Positions 23,645-32,000 of a stretch of 32,000 bases of DNA are shown here, in pieces. Source of the DNA: Pseudodesulfovibrio mercurii (GTDB lineage Bacteria > Desulfobacterota > Desulfovibrionia > Desulfovibrionales > Desulfovibrionaceae). Positions within the stretch are counted from its first letter, which is position 1, and every line of letters begins with the position of its first letter. The translations under genes and the position numbers were made by a program. The stretch spans positions 2,880,001-2,912,000 of the forward strand of contig NC_016803.1 in the NCBI RefSeq assembly GCF_000189295.2, read 5' to 3'. The notes under the pieces were generated by a model that had not been told where the DNA came from, ran no database searches, and saw only the letters and a list, made by a program, of their open reading frames with translations.

Positions 23645-24976
23645 ATGAAACCGATGACGATCCGTTCCCGTCTGTCGCGGCGGGACTTTCTCAAGGCCGG
23701 GGCCATGACCGTGGTCGGGGCCGGGGTGGCCGGGTGCGCCAAGAACCCGGTCACGGGCCAGAGCCAGTTCATGCTGGTCAGCGAGGAGCAGGAGATCCGG
23801 ATGGACCGCCAGGCCGCGCCCCAGCAGCTGTCCAACGACTACGGCACCACCCAGGACACCTTCCTGAACGACTACGTCTCCGGCGTGGGCCGCTCCCTGG
23901 CCGACGTCTCCCACCGGCCGCAGATGCCCTACAACTTCCACGTGGTCAACGCCAACTACGTCAACGCCTACGCCTTTCCCGGCGGGACCGTGGCCTGCAC
24001 GCGCGGCATCCTGCTGAACGTGGACAACGAGGCCGAGATGGCCGGGCTGCTCGGCCACGAGATCGGCCACGTCAACGCGCGGCACACGGCCTCGCGCATG
24101 AGTTCGCAGATGGTCATCGGCGGGCTGGCGGGCATCGGCGGGGCCGTGGTCGGGGCCAAGTACGGCGGGGCCTGGGGCACCCTGGCGGGCGGCCTGGGCG
24201 GGCTCGGGGCCGGGCTGCTCCTGGCCTCCTACAGCCGCGACGACGAGCGCCAGGCCGACGCCCTGGGGCTGGAATACATGACCAAGGCCGACTACAACCC
24301 CGAGGGCATGGTCGGGCTCATGGAGATGCTCAACGAGCAGCACTCCCGCGAGCCCAGCGCCCTGGAGGTCATGTTCGCCACCCACCCCATGAGCTCCGAG
24401 CGGCTGGCCACGGCCAAGCAGGCCGTGAGCAAGCAGTATTACGGGGCGCGGAAGTACGCCTTCTACCGCGAGCGGTACATGGACAACACCGCGGACCTGC
24501 GCAAGCTCGGCCCGGCCATCCGCGACATGCAGGACGCGGAAAAGCTCGGCGGCGAAAAGAAATACGGCCCGGCGGAAGAGAAGATGGACACGGCCCTGGG
24601 CCTGGCCCCCAACGATTACACCGGCCTGTTGCTCATGTCCAAGATCCTGATCGCCCAGGAAAAATATGACAAGGCCCTGCCCTATGCCGAGCACGCCAGG
24701 GAGGTCTATCCCGGCGAGGCCCAGGCGGGCCAGGTGGCCGGGGTGCTCCAGCTCAAGGCCAAGGAGTACGACAAGGCCTACGCCAGCTTCGAGGCCTACG
24801 ACAAGGCCCTGCCCGGCAACCCCTACGCGGGCTTCTACAAGGGCATGGCCCAGGAGGGCATGGGTCGCCGCCGTGAGGCGGCCGAGGAGTATTACGCCTT
24901 CCTCAAGCAGGTGAACCAGGGGGAGCAGGCGCAGCACGCCTACAACCGCCTCGTCGAATGGGGGTACGTGAAATAG
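23645..24976 (+). CDS. M48-family zinc metalloprotease lipoprotein with C-terminal TPR repeats (BepA/YfgC-like)
   Basis: 443 aa from ATG 23645, with RBS GGAGGGAG at 23631-23638. Tat-like SRRDFLKAG followed by lipobox VAGC. HEIGH zinc motif and a TPR-like C-terminus. Confidence 0.85.
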   Translation: MKPMTIRSRLSRRDFLKAGAMTVVGAGVAGCAKNPVTGQSQFMLVSEEQEIRMDRQAAPQQLSNDYGTTQDTFLNDYVSGVGRSLADVSHRPQMPYNFHVVNANYVNAYAFPGGTVACTRGILLNVDNEAEMAGLLGHEIGHVNARHTASRMSSQMVIGGLAGIGGAVVGAKYGGAWGTLAGGLGGLGAGLLLASYSRDDERQADALGLEYMTKADYNPEGMVGLMEMLNEQHSREPSALEVMFATHPMSSERLATAKQAVSKQYYGARKYAFYRERYMDNTADLRKLGPAIRDMQDAEKLGGEKKYGPAEEKMDTALGLAPNDYTGLLLMSKILIAQEKYDKALPYAEHAREVYPGEAQAGQVAGVLQLKAKEYDKAYASFEAYDKALPGNPYAGFYKGMAQEGMGRRREAAEEYYAFLKQVNQGEQAQHAYNRLVEWGYVK

Positions 24977-25029
24977 CGGCTGGCCCGCTCTCCCAAATCT
25001 ATTCCGGGGACGGGTGTGCGACGGGAAGA

Positions 25030-25075
25030 GAGAGCCGCTACGGATGCCTGCGGCATCCGGGTCGCTCCATGGCGG
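25030..25075 (+). repeat. Family-B short hairpin repeat, copy B3
   Basis: GAGAGCCGCTACGGATGCCTGCGGCATCCGGGTCGCTCCATGG, with internal stem CGGATGCC/GGCATCCG. Confidence 0.75.
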
Positions 25076-25083
25076 GGGCGTTG

Positions 25084-25110
25084 AAAGGAGCCTTGGGCTC
25101 CTTTTTGTTT
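25084..25110. terminator. Intrinsic terminator between the convergent M48 and DUF362 genes
   Basis: AAAGGAGCC-TTG-GGCTCCTTT followed by TTGTTT. Confidence 0.6.
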
Positions 25111-25112
25111 GG

Positions 25113-26126
25113 TCAAGCCAGCAGTTGTCGGCGGATCTGTTCGGCGAAGCCGTCGGCGTCCGGGCCCAGGGGGAGGAGGTCGATGTCCTGGGGGCGGGTC
25201 ACGCCGATGCGGGCCTCCACGGCGCGGCGAATCTGCTCCTGGGCGAAGATCGGGCCCCGTTGGACCTCGGGGGTGGTGCCGCTAAGGCGGAGGATGGCCA
25301 CGCCCACCGCGTCCATGGCCACGGGGTCCGTGCCCGCCAGGATGGTGTTGAAGGCCACCTCGGTGCCGCGATGGGGGCCGCCGTCCACGAAGGCGGTCAT
25401 GGCGTCCATGAGGATCAGGTCGTGGCGGAAGGCCTGGCTGATCTCGGCGATGAGGGTGCGTTGCAGGCGGGAGCCGTGCAGCTCGGCCATGTAGTTGTAG
25501 CCGCTTTCGGGGTCGTGCTTGGCGATGGCGCCCACGGCGTTCTTGAGGGACATGGTGAAGTGCCCGCCGAACTGGTGGGTCTTGAGGCAGCAGGTCTGGA
25601 CCACCTTGTCCGCCTCGGCGAAATGGCGTTCCAGGAGGAAGCCGCGCTTCCAGTGGGTGCACGGCGGGGTGCGGCGCACGAAGCCGTCCGCGCCGAGCCC
25701 GTCCATGACCACCACGTCGAAGCCCACGGTCTCGGCCGTGTGGTTCACGTTCATGCGGCGCAGGACCGAGGCGGTGTCGCCCATGCCGCTGCGTTCGACC
25801 AGGGTCATGGGTCCCGCGCCCGCGTCCTTGAGGGTCCGGGCCAGGGTGCGCAGGGTGTCCGGGTGGGTGGAGGCCGGGAACGGGTCCGCGCTGTTGTAGT
25901 TGGCCTTGAGCGCCACGGACGCGCCCCGGAAGCCGGTCAGGTCGAACTCGGCCAGGGCCGTCTCGATGCCCGCCACCCGGTTGTCGGTGCGGACCAGCAC
26001 GACCCTGGCGCGCGGCCGCGACTCGGCCGCCCCGGCCGGTCCGATCCCGGCCAGCAACCCGGCGCCCAGGCCCAGGATGGCCTTGACGCAGCGCCGCCGG
26101 TTCATCCGTGTTTCAAGAGATCGCAT
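25113..26126 (-). CDS. DUF362-domain protein with a Tat-type signal
   Basis: 337 aa from ATG 26126, with RBS GGAGGA 6 nt upstream. NRRRCVKAILGLGAG signal. DUF362 hallmarks LKTHQFGG..SLKNAVG and MDAMTAFVDGGPHRG...GTDPVAMDAV. Confidence 0.75.
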   Translation of the reverse strand: MRSLETRMNRRRCVKAILGLGAGLLAGIGPAGAAESRPRARVVLVRTDNRVAGIETALAEFDLTGFRGASVALKANYNSADPFPASTHPDTLRTLARTLKDAGAGPMTLVERSGMGDTASVLRRMNVNHTAETVGFDVVVMDGLGADGFVRRTPPCTHWKRGFLLERHFAEADKVVQTCCLKTHQFGGHFTMSLKNAVGAIAKHDPESGYNYMAELHGSRLQRTLIAEISQAFRHDLILMDAMTAFVDGGPHRGTEVAFNTILAGTDPVAMDAVGVAILRLSGTTPEVQRGPIFAQEQIRRAVEARIGVTRPQDIDLLPLGPDADGFAEQIRRQLLA

Positions 26127-26293
26127 AGCAGGTCCTCCACGTTCGCAGATTACGGACAACCCCGGCATCTGTAAAGCGGACCACGCCGAAGGGTCCCCCT
26201 CCCCAAGGACCGGGAGCACGTGCGCCGGGGACGGAACCAGCGGGTGCAGGCCATAATCCGGCCGTCCCGGCCGCCGGTTCGCCCGCGGGCGGA

Positions 26294-27772
26294 TCAGTGG
26301 ACCGTGTTCTTGTAGATCTTCCCATCCTTCATGATGACCAGGAAGTTGTTGTCCGGATCCGCAACCAGGTCGAGATTTTCCAACGGGTTGCCCTCCACCA
26401 GTATCAGGTCGGCAAGGGCGCCTTCCCTGACCACGCCCAGTTCGCCCGGATACGGGTCGCGCGGTCCGCAGAGCTTGAGCAGTTCGGCGTTGTCACGGGT
26501 GGCCATCTTCAGGGCTTCAAAGGGCGTGTACCACCGCTTGAGCTTGGCCAGGAACTTGCCCTGCTTGGCGGCCAGGGCGGGATCGAACAGCATGTCGGTG
26601 CCGAACGCCGTCTTGACCTTGTACTTCTTGGTATACTCGACAGCGGTGTCCAGTCCCTTGACCGCCTGTTCGTATTTGGCCTGGCTGCGGGGATTGTCGA
26701 ACACGAAGGCGTCCTCGTCATTCATCAGCGGCTGCATGCTCCACCATACGCCCTTTCGGGCCATGAGCTTCGCGGTGTCCTTCTCGATGAAGAACCCGTG
26801 CTCCACCGACATGGCCCCGGCCTCGACCCACTGCCTGATGGCGGCATCGGTGTTGACGTGGATCATGACGTAGGTGTTCCACGTCCTGGCCACGTCGCAG
26901 ACCGCCTTGGCCTCCTCGAAGGTATATTCCGTGACGTCCAGCGGATCGTATGCGGAGCTGACGCCGCCACCGGCATGCGCCTTGATCTGGCTGGCCCCCA
27001 TGCGCAGGATTTCGCGGGTGCGCTTGATCACTTCCGGCACGCCGTCCGCGATGAACGAATGCGTCCGCTGCAAGTAGTTGTATGAGGCGGTCGGCTTTTC
27101 AGGCACGGCGTTCGGGCCGCGAAAATCGCCGTGCCCGGAGGTCTGGCCGATATACGGACCGGAAGGATAGATTCGCGGGCCGTCGACCAGCCCCTCGTCG
27201 ATGGCCCGCTTGACGCCGAAGACGTTGCCGCCCGCGTCGCGTACCGTGGTGAAGCCGCGCAGCAGCGTCTCCCGCGACCCCTCGGCGGCGGCGATGGCGA
27301 GATAGCCCAGGTCGGTATTCATCATGGTACTGATGGTTCTGACGGCGAACATGGTGTGCCAGTGGGCGTCGATGAGTCCGGGCATCAGGGTGCGCCCCTT
27401 CCCGTCGATGACGTTGACCTTGACCGCATGCCTCTCCATCTTCACGGGATCGTAGATCATGACGTCCACGGCGCCGCTTGACATGAAATCGCAGGAATGG
27501 GTCTTTCCGGCCTCGGCCCGCCGCAGGCCGCCCGTCTTGACGTCGATCTCATAGGTGTCGGCCACCTCGATCTCCTCGGCTATCTTCTTGATACGATTCC
27601 CGACCACAAGGACGTCGTAATCCTCCAGGAGTTTCTCCCGCTCCCCGTCGAAGATGTTGACGTTCTTGAACAACGTCACTTCCGCCGGGATGTCGTATTG
27701 TTCGGCAAAAGCCGCCGAGGCAAGCGCAACCAGGAGCACGAACGCCGCCAACCCAAAGATACTCCTTCTCAT
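26294..27772 (-). CDS. Secreted amidohydrolase-superfamily metal-dependent hydrolase
   Basis: 492 aa, RBS AAGGAG, signal peptide ending AFA-EQ. PGLIDAHWH metal-binding motif and a later HxH/D pattern typical of amidohydrolase_1. Confidence 0.85.
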   Translation of the reverse strand: MRRSIFGLAAFVLLVALASAAFAEQYDIPAEVTLFKNVNIFDGEREKLLEDYDVLVVGNRIKKIAEEIEVADTYEIDVKTGGLRRAEAGKTHSCDFMSSGAVDVMIYDPVKMERHAVKVNVIDGKGRTLMPGLIDAHWHTMFAVRTISTMMNTDLGYLAIAAAEGSRETLLRGFTTVRDAGGNVFGVKRAIDEGLVDGPRIYPSGPYIGQTSGHGDFRGPNAVPEKPTASYNYLQRTHSFIADGVPEVIKRTREILRMGASQIKAHAGGGVSSAYDPLDVTEYTFEEAKAVCDVARTWNTYVMIHVNTDAAIRQWVEAGAMSVEHGFFIEKDTAKLMARKGVWWSMQPLMNDEDAFVFDNPRSQAKYEQAVKGLDTAVEYTKKYKVKTAFGTDMLFDPALAAKQGKFLAKLKRWYTPFEALKMATRDNAELLKLCGPRDPYPGELGVVREGALADLILVEGNPLENLDLVADPDNNFLVIMKDGKIYKNTVH

Positions 27773-27934
27773 CCCTCACTCCTTGCGTCTGGCATTGCCG
27801 TATCGGTATACTGTCTGACAATCAGTAGTTTGATACAGGAAGTCAAGCGACAAGCCGGGACCGCAACCGGTACCCGCCAAGCGAAATCGCCGGACACGGA
27901 CCGGCAACGGACACGCAACCGCGCCCGCACCACC

Positions 27935-28047
27935 CGCGAAGCGGCACCGAAAAGTTTAGGAAAGGAAGGGGATGGGGGTCCGGGGGAAGGGGAAGGAAAA
28001 CCCTTTGAAAAGGGCTTTTCCTTCCCCTTCCCCCGGCCGCCGGAGGC
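27935..28047 (+). repeat. Family-A intergenic hairpin repeat, copy A4
   Basis: CGCGAAGCGGCACCGAAAAGTTTAGGAAAGG..., roughly 24-bp stem GGGGGAAGGGGAAGGAAAACCCTT / AAGGGCTTTTCCTTCCCCTTCCCCC, then GGCCGCCGGAGGC. Lies immediately 3' of nrdJ. Confidence 0.85.
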
Positions 28048-28056
28048 GCGGCGGCC

Positions 28057-30306
28057 TTAGCCGCCGCACTTGGTGTATGCGCAGGATTTGCAGATGTGGC
28101 AGCCTTCCTCGAAGACCAGGGGCTCGCCGCATTCGGGGCAGAGCTCGCGGTTGAGGGAGGCGACCTGGCCGTCCACGTGGTCGCCGCTGAGGTAGCGGGA
28201 CTCGAACACGTAGGCGATGGCGTCCGGGATGGACTTGACCAGGTGCTTCTTCATGAATTTCGGGTTCTCGCCGCCGATGCCCTTGAGCTGCTGGACGATC
28301 TCGCGGACCTCCACGCCGGAGCGCAGGGCCAGGGAGACCAGGCGGCCGATGGCCTCGGCCTTGGCGGTGATGGACCCGCCGGACTTGCCGATGGTGGCGA
28401 AGACCTCGAAGGGCTTGTTGTCCACCTCGTTGACGGTCAGGAAGAGCATGCCCAGGCCGGTGGGGATCTTCTGGGTGAAGCCGTAGATGACGTCCGGGCG
28501 GTCCTTGACGATGGACTTGCCCTGCTTGGCGGCTTCCTTCTTCTTGTCGCCGTCGCCGGTGCACAGGACCTGGGAGGTCTTGGAGCCGTCGCGGTACACG
28601 GTCACGCCCTTGCAGCCGTACTCGTAGGCCTTCCAGTAGATGTCCCAGATGTCTTCCTTGGTGGCGGAGTTGGGCAGGTTCACGGTCTTGGAGACCGCGT
28701 TGTCCGTGTATTTCTGAAAGGCGGCCTGCATCTTGAGGTGCCAGATGGGCTCGATGTCCATGGAGGTCACGTAGACGTGGCGCAGGTGCTCGGGCAGGTG
28801 GTCCATCTTCTTGATGGAGCCGACCTTGGCGATCTCCTCCATGAGCTTGCCGGAGTAGGCGTCGGCGGAATTGAGGGCGGCCTCGAAGTACGGGTTGGTC
28901 TCGACCAGCTTGTCGTTGTCCATGACGTTGCGCACGAAGCTGAGGGCGAAGAGCGGCTCCACGCCGGACGAGCAGCCCGCGATGATGGACAGGGTGCCGG
29001 TGGGCGCGATGGTCGTGGTCGTGGCGTTGCGGTACGGGCCGAGGTTGGCCTTGCCGAAGGTGGACTCGGGGTAGGCCGGGAACTGGCCGCGCTCGGTCGC
29101 CAACTGCTTGGAGGCGCTGCGCGACTCGGCCTGGACGAACTTCATGACCCGCTCGGCCATGTCCACGGCGGTCTGGGAGTTGTAGGGGATCTGCAGCTGG
29201 TAGAGCAGGTCGGCCCAGCCCATGACGCCCAGGCCGATCTTGCGGTTCTTGCCGACCATCTCGGTGATCTGGTCCAGGGGGTAGACCGAGGCGTCGATGA
29301 CGTTGTCCAGGAAGCGCACGGACAGGTGGATGATGCGCTTGAGTTCGTCCCAGTCGATCTCCGAGTCCTTGCCGTTCCTGCCCTTGGCGAAGCACAGGCC
29401 GAGGTTGATGGAGCCGAGGTTGCAGGCCTCGTAGGGCAGCAGGGGCTGCTCGCCGCACGGGTTGGTGGACTCGATCTCGCCCAGCGCCGGGGTGGGGTTG
29501 TCGCGGTTGATGCGGTCCAGGAAGACGATGCCCGGATCACCGGATTCCCAGGCCTTCTGGACCAGGATGTTGAAGACGTCGCGGGCGTTCAGGGTGCCCA
29601 CGGCCTCGCCGGTGTTGGGCGCGATCAGGTTGTAGTCGGCCTTCTCGTTGACGGCCTGCATGAAGGCCTCGGTCAGCCCCACGGAGAGGTTGAAGTTGTT
29701 CAGCTCGCCGTCGCGCTCCTTGGCTTTGATGAACTCCATGATGTCCGGGTGGTCGATGCGCAGGATGCCCATGTTGGCCCCGCGCCGGGTGCCGCCCTGC
29801 TTGATCTGCTCGGTGGCGCAGTTGAAGATCTTGAGGAAGGACAGGGGGCCGGAGGCCACGCCGCCGGTGGAGCCGACCACCGAATCCTTGGCCCGCAGCC
29901 GGGAAAAGGCGAAACCCGTGCCGCCGCCGGACTTGTGGATCATGGCCGCGTGCTTGACCGCGTCGAAGATGCCCTCGATGTCGTCCGCCACGGGCAGGAC
30001 GAAGCAGGCCGCCAGCTGGCCCAGGTCCGTGCCCGCGTTCATCAGCGTGGGGGAGTTGGGCAGGAAGCGGTAGGAGGTCATCAGGTCGTAGAAATCCCGG
30101 GCCAGTTTGGCGGGTTTGACAGTGGACCGTTCGTACTTGGCCTCTTCGGCGGCGATGGCCGAGGCCACCCGCCAGAACAATTCCTTGACGGTCTCGTAGA
30201 CCACCCCTTCCGTATCCTTGCGCTGGTACCGGCGCTGCAAAACTATCTTTGCGTTTTCATTGATGATCGGGTCCGGAAGATTGGCTGGCATTTTGAGTTC
30301 TGGCAT
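28057..30306 (-). CDS. nrdJ: Adenosylcobalamin-dependent (class II) ribonucleotide reductase
   Basis: 749 aa. LPNSPTLMNAGT, CFVLPV, SGGGTGFAFSRLR, and NPCGEQPLLPYEACNLGSINL with the catalytic Cys. C-terminal Zn-ribbon CPECG...CHICKSC. Confidence 0.92.
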   Translation of the reverse strand: MPELKMPANLPDPIINENAKIVLQRRYQRKDTEGVVYETVKELFWRVASAIAAEEAKYERSTVKPAKLARDFYDLMTSYRFLPNSPTLMNAGTDLGQLAACFVLPVADDIEGIFDAVKHAAMIHKSGGGTGFAFSRLRAKDSVVGSTGGVASGPLSFLKIFNCATEQIKQGGTRRGANMGILRIDHPDIMEFIKAKERDGELNNFNLSVGLTEAFMQAVNEKADYNLIAPNTGEAVGTLNARDVFNILVQKAWESGDPGIVFLDRINRDNPTPALGEIESTNPCGEQPLLPYEACNLGSINLGLCFAKGRNGKDSEIDWDELKRIIHLSVRFLDNVIDASVYPLDQITEMVGKNRKIGLGVMGWADLLYQLQIPYNSQTAVDMAERVMKFVQAESRSASKQLATERGQFPAYPESTFGKANLGPYRNATTTTIAPTGTLSIIAGCSSGVEPLFALSFVRNVMDNDKLVETNPYFEAALNSADAYSGKLMEEIAKVGSIKKMDHLPEHLRHVYVTSMDIEPIWHLKMQAAFQKYTDNAVSKTVNLPNSATKEDIWDIYWKAYEYGCKGVTVYRDGSKTSQVLCTGDGDKKKEAAKQGKSIVKDRPDVIYGFTQKIPTGLGMLFLTVNEVDNKPFEVFATIGKSGGSITAKAEAIGRLVSLALRSGVEVREIVQQLKGIGGENPKFMKKHLVKSIPDAIAYVFESRYLSGDHVDGQVASLNRELCPECGEPLVFEEGCHICKSCAYTKCGG

Positions 30307-30748
30307 GAGGACACCCTTGTAACTGATTAAAATACTTAAAAATTATTGATAGATGCGCCGCCGAAAGCCTCTGGCGCTAGAGAATGTCTAGACTACAGAA
30401 GGCGCCCTGAAAACGCCAGCCAAAATTCCGTTTGGCGGACAAAAAACCGGTAACCCGCATGGTCCGGGAGTTCCGGGCGGCAGGGGTCAGGTGAGAACCA
30501 CTCCTGTTTCAAAAATGTCCTGAGAGAGGGGACGATTTTGTCGGTTGCCGGTCCGCTCCGGGTCCCTTTCCGGGGGCGCGGAACGGTCCGGCGGAGAGGG
30601 GTGGAGGCGGGGTGGCCGAGGGGGCCGGAACGGGGGCGGCCAACTTTTTTGCCGGGAGGGGGAAAACGCGATTTACCTCCGATTTTTTTTAGTCTATTGG
30701 CAAGCCAGCGGTCCCGTACATCAATCATCCAGTAAAGTGAGCTTTTCC

Positions 30749-31921
30749 ATGCGAATTTCCGAACGTCTGGCGAGGATCAAGCCGTCCGCCACCCTGGCGG
30801 TGAACACCAAGGCCCAGGAGCTCCAGGCCCAGGGGCGCGAGATCGTCAGCCTGGCCGTGGGCCAGCCCGACTTCTGCACCCCGCTGAACGTCTGCGAGGC
30901 GGCCAAGGCCGCCCTGGACGAGGGCTTCACCCGGTACACCGCCGTGCCCGGCATCCCCGAGCTGCGCGAGGCCGTGGCCGCCTACTACGGCCGGTTCTAC
31001 GGGGCCAAGGCCGCGGCGGCCAACGCCATCGTCAGCAACGGCGGCAAGCAGGTCCTGTACAACCTGATCATGGCCCTGGTGAACCCCGGCGACGAGGTGC
31101 TCATCCCGGCCCCGTACTGGGTCAGCTACCCGGCCATGGTCCAGCTGGCCGACGGCGTGTCCGTGTTCGTGCCGACCACGGCCGAGGACGGCTACCTGGT
31201 CACCCTGGAGGGGCTTGAGGCCGCCCGCACGGACAAGACCACGGTGCTCATCCTCAACTCGCCGTCCAACCCCACGGGCTGCTGCTACACCCAGGTCCAG
31301 CTGGAGGCCATCGCCGAGTGGGCCCGCAGGAACAACATCTTCGTCATCTCGGACGAGGTCTACGACCGGCTGGTCTACGCCCCGTTCGAGCCCGCCTCCC
31401 TGTCCAAGACCTGGGAGGCCCACCCCGAGACCATCGCCATCGTGGGCGCGCTGTCCAAGTCGTTCTGCATGACCGGCTGGCGCGTGGGCTACGCCCTGGC
31501 CCACGAGGACCTGGTCAAGGCCATGACCAAGATTCAGGGACAGTCCACCTCCAACATCAACTCCATCACCCAGCGCGCGGCCGTGGCCGCCCTGACCGGG
31601 CCGTGGGACGTGGTGGACGAGATGAAGCGGGCCTTTGTCCGCCGCCGCGACCTGGCTTACGAGATCATCACCGGCTGGGGCGCGCCCTGCCCCAAGCCCG
31701 ACGGCGCCTTCTACCTCTTCCCGGTGCTGGACCAGTTCTACACCGAGGACGCCCCGGACTCGGCGGCCATGTGCACCAAGATCCTCGAGGAGGCCGGCGT
31801 GGCCCTGGTGCCCGGCTCGGCCTTCGGCGACGACAAGTGCATCCGCTTCTCCTACGCCGTGGCCGACGAGGTCCTGAAGTCGGCCCTGGCCAAGGTGGGC
31901 TCGGTCCTGCTGCGCAAGTAG
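30749..31921 (+). CDS. PLP-dependent aspartate/aromatic aminotransferase (class I)
   Basis: 390 aa from ATG 30749. SPSNPTG, and SKSFCMTGWRVGY containing the PLP lysine. Confidence 0.9.
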   Translation: MRISERLARIKPSATLAVNTKAQELQAQGREIVSLAVGQPDFCTPLNVCEAAKAALDEGFTRYTAVPGIPELREAVAAYYGRFYGAKAAAANAIVSNGGKQVLYNLIMALVNPGDEVLIPAPYWVSYPAMVQLADGVSVFVPTTAEDGYLVTLEGLEAARTDKTTVLILNSPSNPTGCCYTQVQLEAIAEWARRNNIFVISDEVYDRLVYAPFEPASLSKTWEAHPETIAIVGALSKSFCMTGWRVGYALAHEDLVKAMTKIQGQSTSNINSITQRAAVAALTGPWDVVDEMKRAFVRRRDLAYEIITGWGAPCPKPDGAFYLFPVLDQFYTEDAPDSAAMCTKILEEAGVALVPGSAFGDDKCIRFSYAVADEVLKSALAKVGSVLLRK

Positions 31922-31946
31922 CCAGCCTCCTTACGGAAAGATATCG

Positions 31947-31975
31947 AAAGGCCGTCCTCATGGGCGGCCTTTTTC
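31947..31975 (+). terminator. Intrinsic terminator of the aminotransferase gene
   Basis: AAAGGCCG-TCCTCATGGG-CGGCCTTT followed by TTCGTGTG. Confidence 0.65.
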
Positions 31976-32000
31976 GTGTGGGGGGAGGCGGGGCTGCGCC

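Noticed and set aside
30307-30560. Cobalamin riboswitch or canonical NrdR boxes upstream of nrdJ
   Set aside because: I found no B12-box-like core (AGYCMGGAGACCKGCC-type) on the nrdJ strand. I also found no pair of 16-bp AT-centred palindromes at the expected spacing of about 31 bp. A GGTCAGGTGAGAACC segment is on the wrong strand and lacks the rest of the consensus.
30393-30728. 111-aa minus-strand ORF and the 30545 extension of the aminotransferase ORF in the nrdJ/aminotransferase spacer
   Set aside because: The composition is Arg/Pro/Gly-rich and there is no RBS. The aminotransferase homology begins at MRISERLARIKPSATL (ATG 30749).

Overview
High-GC chromosomal segment whose gene content looks like a Desulfovibrionales-type sulfate or sulfur reducer (inference from content only). 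I support about 30 protein genes and found no rRNA, tRNA, CRISPR array, transposase or integrase. In order: nfnAB; an orphan membrane-anchored TAXI-type binding protein divergent from a LytTR regulator whose receiver domain lacks every phosphorylation residue; acs; a LUD-domain protein; a metallophosphoesterase; a FecR-domain plus OmpA-lipoprotein pair; a sulfur-redox cluster; era plus a DUF1992 gene; a 1.3-kb gene-free repeat region; a 3D-domain protein; a family-3 binding protein; a class-I glutamine amidotransferase; an M48/TPR lipoprotein protease; a DUF362 protein; an amidohydrolase; nrdJ; an aspartate aminotransferase. The most interesting part is the sulfur-redox cluster at about 10.6-18.4 kb. 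It encodes a monohaem cytochrome c, a Tat-exported PhsA/PsrA-like molybdopterin subunit, an FeS subunit with a C-terminal anchor, a b-type cytochrome, a periplasmic triple-rhodanese protein, a rhodanese-thioredoxin fusion, a TorD-like chaperone, a CsoR/CstR-family regulator lacking the metal-binding His, and a secreted EF-hand protein. The ORF track splits the rhodanese-thioredoxin fusion at a single in-frame TGA (16484-16486). I interpret that codon as selenocysteine for three reasons: the downstream in-frame sequence completes the rhodanese fold, the TGA aligns with a Cys in the paralogous domains next door, and a SECIS-like hairpin follows it. ATACCC/GGGTAT-type palindromes in the operon promoter and in the regulator's own upstream region suggest one regulon. 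Intergenic regions carry several families of hairpin-forming GC-rich repeats with compensatory stem changes.
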